From: a virus
Lineage: Duplodnaviria; Caudoviricetes
Strand: one strand, 5' to 3'
Length of the DNA stretch: 30,947 nucleotides
Virus record (IMG/VR): IMGVR_UViG_3300044216_001273
Coordinates: 1 to 30,947 of that record
Below are positions 1-8,031 of this stretch, piece by piece; positions within the stretch are counted from its first letter, which is position 1, and every line of letters begins with the position of its first letter. The translations under genes were made by a program, and so were the position numbers. Under the pieces are notes generated by a model. That model did not search any database. It was not told where the DNA came from and saw nothing but the letters and a program-made list of their open reading frames with translations.

Positions 1-126
1 GTAGTATATCAAGTAATAATACAACTTTACATATTAGTGATAGTAATGTAGCATCTTTAGTTTTAGACCAATCAACAAGTGGAAAATTTGAAATAGCAGC
101 TGATGGATTAGGTTTAGATTTTAGAA
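1..126 (+). repeat. Direct terminal overlap, copy 1 (circular assembly)
   Basis: 1-126 is identical to 30819-30944, and the tail fibre reading frame continues across the junction. Confidence 0.95.
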
Positions 127-665
127 GAAATGGAACTAATTATTTGATTATTAACACTTCAGGTAACGTAGGAATTGGAGTTACATCGCCTGCATATGGT
201 TTAGATGTAAGAAGGTCAAGTGGAGCACAATTTTATCACGAAGTTACAAATGAAGCTACAGCAAACATTAGATGTAGGCACGATGGAGCTGAAACGACTT
301 CTGATAGAGCAACGCAAATATCTTTTAGAGATGACGGAGATAATGAGGTAGGTTCAATAAAATCTTCTGGTTCTGCAACTTTTTATAATACATCTTCTGA
401 CTATAGATTAAAACAAAATGAAAAAGATTTTAACGGATTAGATTTAGTAGATAACATAAAAGTATATGACTTTGAGTGGAAAAAAGATGGTGGTAAAGAT
501 TATGGAGTTTTTGCACACGAATTACAAGAGATAGTACCAGAAGCAGTTTCAGGAGAAAAAGATGCAGAAGAAATGCAAAGTGTAGATTACTCTAAACTTG
601 TGCCGATATTATTAAAATCAATACAAGAGTTAAAACAAGAAATAGAAATACTTAAAAATAATTAA
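1..665 (+). CDS. Tail fibre/spike C-terminal part with peptidase S74 intramolecular chaperone domain (continues from 28028 across the junction)
   Basis: Frame is open from position 3 (SISSNNTTLH...) and in phase with ATG 28028. Motifs SSDYRLK, G-V-F-A-H-E-L-Q and VDYSKLVPILLKSIQEL are typical of S74 chaperones. Confidence 0.9.
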   Translation, partial: SISSNNTTLHISDSNVASLVLDQSTSGKFEIAADGLGLDFRRNGTNYLIINTSGNVGIGVTSPAYGLDVRRSSGAQFYHEVTNEATANIRCRHDGAETTSDRATQISFRDDGDNEVGSIKSSGSATFYNTSSDYRLKQNEKDFNGLDLVDNIKVYDFEWKKDGGKDYGVFAHELQEIVPEAVSGEKDAEEMQSVDYSKLVPILLKSIQELKQEIEILKNN

Positions 666-667
666 TT

Positions 668-988
668 ATGGCAAATACTTATAATTGGAAAATTAATGCG
701 TTAGACGCAAAAATTCAAGAAGGCGATAACAGCGATGTTATCTACACAGTACATTGGAGTTATATTGCTCAAGACGAATCTGAAGACCATACAGCAAGTT
801 CAATAGGTACGTTAGGTGTGACTTATGACCCAGATAACTTTATTCCTTATGCTGACTTAACTAAAGACGATGTAATCGAATGGTTAGAAGCAGGATTAGA
901 TGTTGAAGCGATTAAAACAAATTTAGATAATCAAATTGAATTACAAATAAATCCAGTAGATGAGGTTTTGAGACCTGACTGGGATTAA
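668..988 (+). CDS. Hypothetical protein following the tail fibre (possible fibre accessory)
   Basis: 106 aa ORF starting 2 nt after the fibre stop; acidic, with FIPYADLT...WL motif; function inferred from position only. Confidence 0.7.
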   Translation: MANTYNWKINALDAKIQEGDNSDVIYTVHWSYIAQDESEDHTASSIGTLGVTYDPDNFIPYADLTKDDVIEWLEAGLDVEAIKTNLDNQIELQINPVDEVLRPDWD

Positions 989-997
989 CTATATTTG
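968..997 (+). promoter_or_regulatory. Bacteroidota housekeeping-type promoter (-33/-7)
   Basis: TTG at 968-970, 19 nt spacer, TATATTTG at 990-997: an exact TTG-N19-TAnnTTTG match. Confidence 0.6.
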
Positions 998-1014
998 AAT
1001 ATAAATTTAATATT

Positions 1015-1266
1015 ATGAGCGAAATAAAAGATTGTATCGAAACAAAAGAACTTGAGAAATTACAAGAATCTCAAAAGAAGTTTGCTGCTATTAAGCACGA
1101 CTTAGGACAGCTTGAAGTACAGAAACACGGATTACTACATTTGTGGGCAGGTATTCAAGAGGAAGAAAATAAGTTTAAACAAGAGCTAGAAGAAAAGTAT
1201 GGTAAAATAAATATCAACTTGGAAGATGGTTCTTATGAAGAAATCAAAGAAGAAGATAAAAGTTAA
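1015..1266 (+). CDS. Coiled-coil hypothetical protein
   Basis: 83 aa, E/K/Q-rich heptads, ends YGKININLEDGSY. Confidence 0.75.
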   Translation: MSEIKDCIETKELEKLQESQKKFAAIKHDLGQLEVQKHGLLHLWAGIQEEENKFKQELEEKYGKININLEDGSYEEIKEEDKS

Positions 1267-1270
1267 TACT

Positions 1271-1552
1271 ATGAAAAACGAAGTAAGTGAAAACACAAAG
1301 CTAACACTAGACCTACGAACAATAGGAATAGTAATTGCAGGAGCAGTTTCACTTGCTTTAATGTACACCGACCTAAACGCAGGTATACAAGAAGCTAAAC
1401 TACTTCCTGAACCTAGCATATCACGAACTGAATACGATTTGAAAGACCAGTTAATCCGTGAAACAATCGAAAATACAGCAAAGCAAGTTGAGGAAAACAG
1501 CAATAAGTTAGATAAAATAGACGAGAAGTTATATGAAATCATACAGAGATGA
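1271..1552 (+). CDS. Membrane protein (one TM helix plus coiled coil), possible lysis accessory
   Basis: ATG 1271 follows the upstream stop at 1266; TM segment IGIVIAGAVSLALMY; ATGA overlap with the next gene. Confidence 0.7.
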   Translation: MKNEVSENTKLTLDLRTIGIVIAGAVSLALMYTDLNAGIQEAKLLPEPSISRTEYDLKDQLIRETIENTAKQVEENSNKLDKIDEKLYEIIQR

Positions 1553-1887
1553 AAAATTTAATTGCCCTAATTGCATTGTTTGTATATGCAATAGCTAGTA
1601 GTCAAGATTATACTGTTCTACATATCAATAGCTCTTGGAACTTTAAAAATGATTATAAACAACTAAATCAGATTGAAGGTGCTAGAATAGTAAAAGCGTT
1701 ATTAGAAGACCAAAAACCAAGCATTAAACGTCAAATAAAAGCTGTGCCAGTTATATTTATATATAAAGGAAGCAGTTTAATAGGTAGGTGGGATGCTGAT
1801 ATTTCTTTAACAATAAAAGCTCCTGTAGAAGAAATGCAAGAAGCAATAGACAATTCAAAATACAGAAGAGTAGCAACTAATGAATAA
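1549..1887 (+). CDS. Secreted thioredoxin-like protein lacking CxxC
   Basis: Signal peptide MKNLIALIALFVYAIASS; VLHINSSWN and IKAVPVIFIYKG resemble thioredoxin strand and cis-Pro motifs; no Cys. Confidence 0.55.
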   Translation: MKNLIALIALFVYAIASSQDYTVLHINSSWNFKNDYKQLNQIEGARIVKALLEDQKPSIKRQIKAVPVIFIYKGSSLIGRWDADISLTIKAPVEEMQEAIDNSKYRRVATNE

Positions 1888-2017
1888 ACAACAAAACGGA
1901 AATAATCAACTAAACGAAATAAGAAACGAGTATAACAATAGAATAAAAAATAAATCTATTTTAGGAAATGCCATAAGAATATTTTGGAATAATAATAGAA
2001 GATTTAGAACAATATGA
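1880..2017 (+). CDS. Small hypothetical protein (45 aa, not in ORF track)
   Basis: MNKQQNGNNQLNEIRNEY...RRFRTI fills the gap, overlaps the upstream stop and has an ATGA overlap with the endolysin. Confidence 0.6.
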   Translation: MNKQQNGNNQLNEIRNEYNNRIKNKSILGNAIRIFWNNNRRFRTI

Positions 2018-2478
2018 TTAGTAAACATATATCAGAAAAAGAAGCAACTAAAAGCGTTACAGCTTTACGATTAGGTATAGATAATACGCCTAATGGAGAT
2101 AGTTTAAGTAATATGAAATTAGTAGCAGAGAAAGTATTTGAACCATTAAGAGAGTGGGTCGGAGGTGCAATTAAAATAAACTCTTTTTATAGGTCAATTG
2201 CTTTAAATGAAGCTATAGGAGGTTCTAATAGAAGTCAGCATTGTCAAGGTAGAGCTTTAGATATAGATGATATATATGGTTATAAAACAAATGCAGAAAT
2301 GTTTCATTATATAAAAGATAATCTTGACTTTGACCAAATGATATGGGAGTTTGGTAATGAAGATAATCCTGATTGGGTACATGTATCGTATGTAAGTGAA
2401 GAAAAGAATAGAAATAAAATATTGAAAGCTGTTAGAGATGACGGTAAAACTAAATATATAGATATAACAAATGCCTGA
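2014..2478 (+). CDS. Endolysin, peptidase M15A (Zn D-Ala-D-Ala carboxypeptidase-like)
   Basis: Motifs SFYRSxxLN, GGSxxSQHxxGxAxD and WVHVS. Confidence 0.9.
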   Translation: MISKHISEKEATKSVTALRLGIDNTPNGDSLSNMKLVAEKVFEPLREWVGGAIKINSFYRSIALNEAIGGSNRSQHCQGRALDIDDIYGYKTNAEMFHYIKDNLDFDQMIWEFGNEDNPDWVHVSYVSEEKNRNKILKAVRDDGKTKYIDITNA

Positions 2479-2932
2479 TAAAAAGAAATTTAAAGATACT
2501 ACTGTTGGCAAATTATTATTTGGTGCTGCATCAGTTATTAATCCTACACTTGGAAATGTACTTAATGGTGTAAGTTCACCTAAAGAAGCTATAGCAGAAA
2601 TTACTAAAGCAAAGATACCTACTGAAGACAAGATAAAATTACAAACACTTATATATGAACAACAAAATAAAGAGATGGAAGAAATCAGTACAAGATGGAA
2701 AGCTGATGCATCTAGTGATAGTTGGCTTAGTAAAAATGTTCGCCCTCTTGTTCTTATTTGGTGCATTGTGGTATTTAGTTTTGCAGGTATATTGGATTCT
2801 GTTAATTCAATCGATTTTCAGATAGGACCATTATGGAATGACACCTTTGAAAAAGTAATGATGGCTGTAGTATTAGCATACTTTGGTGGTCGTACAACAG
2901 AAAAAGCAAGTAGTATTATAAAAGGAAAGTAA
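2471..2932 (+). CDS. Holin (3TM/GTA-type)
   Basis: Adjacent to the endolysin; DxxSDSWLSKNVRP, two TM segments, YFGGRTxEK. Confidence 0.8.
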   Translation: MPDKKKFKDTTVGKLLFGAASVINPTLGNVLNGVSSPKEAIAEITKAKIPTEDKIKLQTLIYEQQNKEMEEISTRWKADASSDSWLSKNVRPLVLIWCIVVFSFAGILDSVNSIDFQIGPLWNDTFEKVMMAVVLAYFGGRTTEKASSIIKGK

Positions 2933-3066
2933 TGCCAAAGAAAACTGTTGTAAATAAATATAAATCTAATAGTCGTAAAAGAAAAGGCATACACGCCAAA
3001 AGCAAATCAAGTAAAGTCAAGTCAAGTAAAAATTACTTAAAAAGATATAGAGGACAAGGAAAATAA
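2932..3066 (+). CDS. Small highly basic protein ending YRGQGK (44 aa, not in ORF track)
   Basis: TAATG overlap with the holin; MPKKTVVNKYKSNSRKRKGIHAKSKSSKVKSSKNYLKRYRGQGK. Confidence 0.75.
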   Translation: MPKKTVVNKYKSNSRKRKGIHAKSKSSKVKSSKNYLKRYRGQGK

Positions 3067-3109
3067 GTCCTTTATGAATTTAATAGGTATTTTTTACTAT
3101 CTTTGTGAA

Positions 3110-3195
3110 TTCAATAGGGTGTTAAATGAATACTCATTGATTTTCTTTGTTTTCATTGTTTGAGAAAAGAGTAGCAGAAATGTTGCTCTTTTTTT
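3110..3195 (+). ncRNA. Candidate small RNA 1 (anti-start-codon tract)
   Basis: TATCTTTG -7 box at 3098-3105, ORF-free stretch containing TGTTTTCATTGTT, ending in an intrinsic terminator. Confidence 0.4.
3165..3195 (+). terminator. Rho-independent terminator
   Basis: AGAGTAGCA-GAAA-TGTTGCTCT stem-loop followed by a T run. Confidence 0.85.
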
Positions 3196-3229
3196 GTTGC
3201 ATCTGACATTTTTTGTATATATTAGCAAA

Positions 3230-3793
3230 ATGAAAAATTTGCAAAGTAAATTGGTGAATGTTCAAGCGACCTTGAAAGCACCTAAAAATCAACGAAACAA
3301 TTTTGGTAATTATAATTATAGAAGTTGTGAGGACATTTTAGAAGCAGTCAAACCTATTCTCAAAAAAGAAGGTTTAACTCTCATGTTATCCGATTCTATA
3401 AATAATGAACCATTATATGTTACTGCTACTGCGACTATTTCAGATGGTACAGATAGTATTAGTGTATCTGCACAAGCAGGTATAGACCCTAATAAAAAAG
3501 GGATGGACGTTGCACAAAGTTTCGGTGCATCTAGTAGTTATGCTAGAAAATACGCTTTAAACGGCTTATTTTTAATAGATGATACAAAAGATGCAGACGC
3601 AACTAATATGCACGGAAAAGTGTCTAAAAAGGCTTCTACGGGCACATTAGAGGACAATAAGCAATGGTTACAAAAGAATTCTGCACAATTTAATAACGTT
3701 TTAAAGGCGATTAAAGAAAAAGGATTTACTATTGCTGATGTCAGACAAAAATACAAAGTAAGTAAAGAAGTCGAAAAATTATTAACAAAATAA
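3230..3793 (+). CDS. erf: Erf-family single-strand annealing recombinase
   Basis: LKAPKNQxNxFGxYxYRSCEDILEAVKP and AQSFGASSSYARKYALNGLFLIDD; ATG 3230 is preferred to TTG 3194. Confidence 0.9.
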   Translation: MKNLQSKLVNVQATLKAPKNQRNNFGNYNYRSCEDILEAVKPILKKEGLTLMLSDSINNEPLYVTATATISDGTDSISVSAQAGIDPNKKGMDVAQSFGASSSYARKYALNGLFLIDDTKDADATNMHGKVSKKASTGTLEDNKQWLQKNSAQFNNVLKAIKEKGFTIADVRQKYKVSKEVEKLLTK

Positions 3794-3805
3794 ATTTTAA
3801 TTATT

Positions 3806-4060
3806 ATGAGTGAAAAAAATTATGTAGGTAGTGGAAAAAAAGTTGGAAACTACGATTTAGTAAACTTTTCTATTCAGTTAGATAGGTTAAATGATTTTGC
3901 ATTTGAAATGAATGGCAAAAAATATGTTAAGTTATCAATGGGTAGAAAAAAAGAAGTTGACCAATATGGTAAAACACATTCAATTTGGATTGATGAGTGG
4001 AAACCTGATGCAACTACTCAAGCTCAGCCACAGAAAGCTGAAACTGATTTACCCTTTTAA
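3806..4060 (+). CDS. Small SSB-like protein
   Basis: Follows Erf, beta-rich, acidic C-terminal tip ETDLPF. Confidence 0.65.
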   Translation: MSEKNYVGSGKKVGNYDLVNFSIQLDRLNDFAFEMNGKKYVKLSMGRKKEVDQYGKTHSIWIDEWKPDATTQAQPQKAETDLPF

Positions 4061-4066
4061 CTAACC

Positions 4067-4138
4067 TAATCTTAGAGTGCCTAGTGTTTTTTTCTGTGTA
4101 TTCTTAGTTATTGTTATTAGCTAGGCACTTTGAGATTA
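4067..4138 (+). other. Long RNA hairpin (18 bp stem, 36 nt U-rich loop)
   Basis: TAATCTTAGAGTGCCTAG (4067-4084) pairs with CTAGGCACTTTGAGATTA (4121-4138), with two G:U pairs on the + strand. Confidence 0.75.
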
Positions 4139-4149
4139 AATTTAAGACA

Positions 4150-4440
4150 ATGAAAAATTATATTAATATTAACTTATCATTTATGAATACAAATTTATCT
4201 ATACAGGAAGCAGTCGTTTTATCGCATATTCAAGCATTGGCAGTTAAAAAAGATTACTGTTATGCTTCTAATCAATCGATTTGTAATACATTGAAGCTCA
4301 ACGACAGAACTTTATACAGAATATTAAAAAAGCTAGAAGACAAAGATTATATAAGAAGAGAAACTAAAAGTATTGGCAATCATGGAAAACAAAGAAAAAT
4401 ATTTATTAGCCCAAATGCCAGGCTTGTCAGTTCCATGTAA
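4150..4440 (+). CDS. Winged HTH protein (replication-initiator N-terminal type)
   Basis: YCYASNQSICNTLKLNDRTLYRILKKLEDKDYI HTH pattern; directly upstream of the primase-helicase. Confidence 0.75.
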   Translation: MKNYININLSFMNTNLSIQEAVVLSHIQALAVKKDYCYASNQSICNTLKLNDRTLYRILKKLEDKDYIRRETKSIGNHGKQRKIFISPNARLVSSM

Positions 4441-4505
4441 TATAACATGTTATATATAAATTAAATATATAACATAGTATATATATACATAGTGTAATAC
4501 ATAAC
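4441..4505. repeat. AT-rich candidate origin element with CATAGT boxes
   Basis: CATAGTAT 4473 and CATAGTGT 4488; 4478-4495 is identical over 18 bp to 14598-14615. Confidence 0.5.
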
Positions 4506-4509
4506 AACA

Positions 4510-6240
4510 ATGAAAACAGAGTTTGAAAAAATTGGTATATTGCCAAAGAGCGACCATGCTCAACAAAAAGTAAAGTGTCCTAATTGCTATAAGATTGGCA
4601 AAGAAAACTATAAAGACCCTTGTTTAAGTATAAACTTAGAAACAGGTCAATTTCTTTGTCATAAATGTAGCTGGAAGGGTTCTGTAAAAAAGAAATATTT
4701 TATGCCCGAGAATAAAGTTTACCAAAAGCCTGTAAAGAACAACTTAAAGAAGCTAAATCAAAGAGCAAGGAAGTTCTTAAACAAAAGAGGTATAACAGAT
4801 GAGGTCATAGAAACAAATAAGATAGTAAGTTCAAAGGATGGCAAAAGTATTGTTTTTCCATATTTTAGAAACAATGAACTTATAAATTATAAAACTAGAG
4901 GTATAAATGATAAATTCTTTACACAAAGTCGTAATGGTTTGCCAATTATATACAATTATGATAGGGTTGCCAATGAAAAATTAATTATCATTTGTGAAGG
5001 AGAATTAGATTCATTGAGTTGGGAGGTAGCTGGCATTACTTGGCATACATCTGTAAATATGGGTGCTCCTAACGTAAATGATAAAAACCTAGATAAAAAG
5101 TTAGAATGTATATCTGGTTGTTATGAAGTATTTGACCAAGCTAATAGAATATATGTGGCAGTCGATGAGGATGATAATGGTAGATATTTACAAGAAGAGT
5201 TAGTTAGAAGATTTGGTGCTGAAAAATGTAAGATAGTTAGTTTCAAGCCTTATAAAGATGCCAATGAATTATTATTGTCTGAAGGTATTGAAGCATTGAA
5301 AGATAGAGTAAGACATGCCACAGACCCTAAAGTTGAAGGTATATTTGGCATTGATGATATATATGATTCAATGTTAGATGGTTATAGAAATGGTCAGGAA
5401 AGGGGTACTACAACTTATATACCAAGTGTAGATTCAGCATGGACTTGGCGAAATGGTGAATTGAATATATGGACAGGATACCAAAATGAAGGTAAAAGTA
5501 TGTTTCTTAATCAATTGGCATTATTAAAAGCAGTTTATGATGGTTGGAAGTTTGGAGTGTTTTCACCTGAGAATATGCCAATAAATGATTTTTATAATGA
5601 TTTGATTGAAACGTATATCGGCAAATCAGCAGACCCATACTTTGAAAGTAATTATATGAGTGAAGATGAGTTCAAAGAGGGTATGGAATTTATGAAACGT
5701 CACTTTTTTATAATATATCCAAAAAAAAGTTATAAATTAGAAGATATATTTGAAAGGGCTAAGTTTTTAGTCAAGTCAAAAGGCATACGTTCTTTGATAA
5801 TCGACCCTTACAATACAATTCAACATAGGATGCAGTATGGAGAGAGAGAAGATTTGTATATCAGTAGATTTATGAGTGAGTTAAAAAGATTTGCAATTGA
5901 GAATAAAATATCAATTCATTTAGTTGCACACCAAGTTACACCTCAAAAAGATGATAATAATAAATATTATAAACCTGATTTAAATAGAATTAAAGGTGGG
6001 GGAACATTTTCAGATAAAGCCGACAATGTATTATTTGTTTGGCGACCTAATAGAGCAGTTGATTTTTCAGATACATCTGTAATATTTGGCAGTCAAAAAA
6101 TAAAGAAACAAAAACTCGTAGGTTATCCACAAGAAATACATGGCATAACTTTCGATAGAAAATCATCGAGATATTTTTTTCATAATGAAACACCATTTGA
6201 AGAAATAGATAAGTTTCGATGCGAAGAAGAGCAAGAGTAG
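4510..6240 (+). CDS. DNA primase-helicase (T7 gp4/Twinkle-like)
   Basis: Zn finger (CPNC...CHKC), TOPRIM motifs (EGELD, DEDDNG), SF4 Walker A GYQNEGKS, IIDP, LVAHQ, GG-x-F-x-DKAD. Confidence 0.95.
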   Translation: MKTEFEKIGILPKSDHAQQKVKCPNCYKIGKENYKDPCLSINLETGQFLCHKCSWKGSVKKKYFMPENKVYQKPVKNNLKKLNQRARKFLNKRGITDEVIETNKIVSSKDGKSIVFPYFRNNELINYKTRGINDKFFTQSRNGLPIIYNYDRVANEKLIIICEGELDSLSWEVAGITWHTSVNMGAPNVNDKNLDKKLECISGCYEVFDQANRIYVAVDEDDNGRYLQEELVRRFGAEKCKIVSFKPYKDANELLLSEGIEALKDRVRHATDPKVEGIFGIDDIYDSMLDGYRNGQERGTTTYIPSVDSAWTWRNGELNIWTGYQNEGKSMFLNQLALLKAVYDGWKFGVFSPENMPINDFYNDLIETYIGKSADPYFESNYMSEDEFKEGMEFMKRHFFIIYPKKSYKLEDIFERAKFLVKSKGIRSLIIDPYNTIQHRMQYGEREDLYISRFMSELKRFAIENKISIHLVAHQVTPQKDDNNKYYKPDLNRIKGGGTFSDKADNVLFVWRPNRAVDFSDTSVIFGSQKIKKQKLVGYPQEIHGITFDRKSSRYFFHNETPFEEIDKFRCEEEQE

Positions 6241-6500
6241 ATGCTAACCAAAAAGAAATAGTTGCCAAACTAAGAGATATTGGTTGCTCTGTTTTACACA
6301 CACATCAGCTCGGCAAAGGTGCACCAGATATTATTATTGGATTTAATAATCATAACTATCTTATAGAATTAAAAGATGGTAATAAATCTAAATCTCAACA
6401 GAAACTTACACCAGATGAAGTTGAATTCCAAAAAGAATGGAAAGGCAACTATCATGTTTGCAATAGTCTTGAACAAATTAAAACGATTCTTAATGTCTAA
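6219..6500 (+). CDS. PD-(D/E)XK nuclease (VRR-NUC/resolvase-like)
   Basis: DANQKEI, GAPDII, LIELKDG and LTPDE motifs. Confidence 0.8.
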   Translation: MRRRARVDANQKEIVAKLRDIGCSVLHTHQLGKGAPDIIIGFNNHNYLIELKDGNKSKSQQKLTPDEVEFQKEWKGNYHVCNSLEQIKTILNV

Positions 6501-7068
6501 AATACTTAATATTTTGGCAAAGAGACATAATGAATGGATTCGTATGGCTAGTAGTTTCAAAATTAGTAATGAAGATGCCAATGAAATAGTTCAAGAGATG
6601 TATTTAAGAATGCATGATTACGTTAAAGATGTAAATAAGATTATGTATAATGATAAAGAAATAAATACATTTTACATTTATATTACACTTAGAAATATAT
6701 TTTATAGTAAGTTTTTGCAGTTTGGTAAAGCAGTTAAGAATAAAAAAATATATTTATTTAGTGAATTCAACAGAGATGATTTACATAAATTATATGAAGA
6801 CCATATAGAAGATTACAATAATTTAATTGACAATTACGAAAAAAAGATTAAATTAGACAAGTTGTTTGATGTAATTGATGATGAGATTGATAGTTGGTAT
6901 TGGTATGATAAAAAAATGACTAAGTTATATTTTAATACCAAAATGAGTATGAGAGACATAAGTAAAGAAACAAAAATAAGTTTAAGTTCAATATTTAATA
7001 CATTAACTAATGCCAAAGAAAAAATTAGAAAAAGAGCCAAAAAAGAGTATCAAAGATACAAAAAGTAA
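6493..7068 (+). CDS. Sigma-70/ECF-like transcription factor
   Basis: Region-2-like DANEIVQEMYL...YIYITLRN and region-4 HTH MSMRDISKETKISLSSIFNTL; ATG 6493 overlaps the upstream stop. Confidence 0.8.
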   Translation: MSKILNILAKRHNEWIRMASSFKISNEDANEIVQEMYLRMHDYVKDVNKIMYNDKEINTFYIYITLRNIFYSKFLQFGKAVKNKKIYLFSEFNRDDLHKLYEDHIEDYNNLIDNYEKKIKLDKLFDVIDDEIDSWYWYDKKMTKLYFNTKMSMRDISKETKISLSSIFNTLTNAKEKIRKRAKKEYQRYKK

Positions 7069-7414
7069 AGGTCTAGGAGATACACTAGAAAAGGTGTTCA
7101 AAAAAACAGGAATTGATAAAGTAGCTAAATGGGTATTAGGAGAAGATTGTGGATGTGATGACAGAAAGGAAAAGCTAAATTATTTATTCCCTTATTACAA
7201 ACCTGAGTGTTTAACAGAAGATGAGTTTGAGTATTTAGATAAATATTTTAAGGCAAATAAATCTACTGTGCATCCACAAACACAAAAGAAACTTTTAAGC
7301 ATATTCAATAGAGTTTTTCACCAAAACAAAAAGATGACAAGTTGTGGTTCATGCTTTAAAAAAGAATTACACAATAAATTGCATAGAGTATATCTTGAAT
7401 ACTTAGATGAGTAG
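7010..7414 (+). CDS. Hypothetical Cys-motif (possible Zn-binding) protein
   Basis: SKGLGDT...TGI...DCGC..RKEKLN and CGSC motifs. Confidence 0.8.
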   Translation: MPKKKLEKEPKKSIKDTKSKGLGDTLEKVFKKTGIDKVAKWVLGEDCGCDDRKEKLNYLFPYYKPECLTEDEFEYLDKYFKANKSTVHPQTQKKLLSIFNRVFHQNKKMTSCGSCFKKELHNKLHRVYLEYLDE

Positions 7415-7805
7415 TCTTATTAGAAATAGAAAGAAAGTAAGACAAGTAATAGATTTTACAGGTGTTCAAAATGGCAAAATGCATCCTTCAGATATTGATG
7501 CAGTTTTAGAATTTGACAATGATATATTAATTCTAATAGAGGTTAAGTATAAATTTAAAAAGATACCAACAGGTCAAAGACTTTTACTTGAAAGGATTTG
7601 TGATTCATGGCATACAAAAAAATCTATTGTACTAAAAGTCGAACATGATTACGAAAGTGATGAGGAAAACATACCATTAGAAAATTGTAAAGTAACTGCA
7701 ATTTATTATGATAAAAAATGGATTTATTATTCTGAACAATACGATTTTAAACACTACATAAATAAGCTAGGCGAGAAGTGGGAATGTAAAAAATGTAGAT
7801 TTTAA
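7407..7805 (+). CDS. Putative PD-(D/E)XK nuclease-fold protein
   Basis: PSDIDAVLE...LIEVK motif. Confidence 0.65.
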   Translation: MSSLIRNRKKVRQVIDFTGVQNGKMHPSDIDAVLEFDNDILILIEVKYKFKKIPTGQRLLLERICDSWHTKKSIVLKVEHDYESDEENIPLENCKVTAIYYDKKWIYYSEQYDFKHYINKLGEKWECKKCRF

Positions 7806-7832
7806 ACAATTATATACTTATTTATTATTTAT
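7806..7832 (+). promoter_or_regulatory. Candidate phage-sigma late promoter
   Basis: ACAA-N13-TATTATTTAT, with the same spacing as at 14736, 23579 and 25818. Confidence 0.5.
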
Positions 7833-7834
7833 AT

Positions 7835-7981
7835 ATGCCATTACTTAAACCAAAACGATACGAGCAAAAAGAAAACTTCTTAGGCAGATTTATGAATAAT
7901 GCCAAGATGATTATAGAATATCCTGACCCTAAGCAAAGATATGCAGTAGCTATGGATATTTGGAAAAAGAAATTCAACTAA
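7835..7981 (+). CDS. Small hypothetical protein (48 aa, not in ORF track)
   Basis: MPLLKPKRYEQKENFLGRFM...EYPDPKQRYAV; fills the intergenic gap. Confidence 0.75.
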   Translation: MPLLKPKRYEQKENFLGRFMNNAKMIIEYPDPKQRYAVAMDIWKKKFN

Positions 7982-8031
7982 ACTTGCATAATTAATTAAT
8001 TATTATTTAATTTGTTTCAAACAAAGAAACA

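Noticed and set aside
144-665. Stand-alone 173-aa gene starting at TTG 144
   Set aside because: The frame is open upstream and continues from ATG 28028 across the junction.
3097-3156. 19-aa minus-strand ORF MKTKKINEYSFNTLLNSQR
   Set aside because: It would be the only reverse gene and I saw no minus-strand promoter; kept only as an alternative to the sRNA hypothesis.
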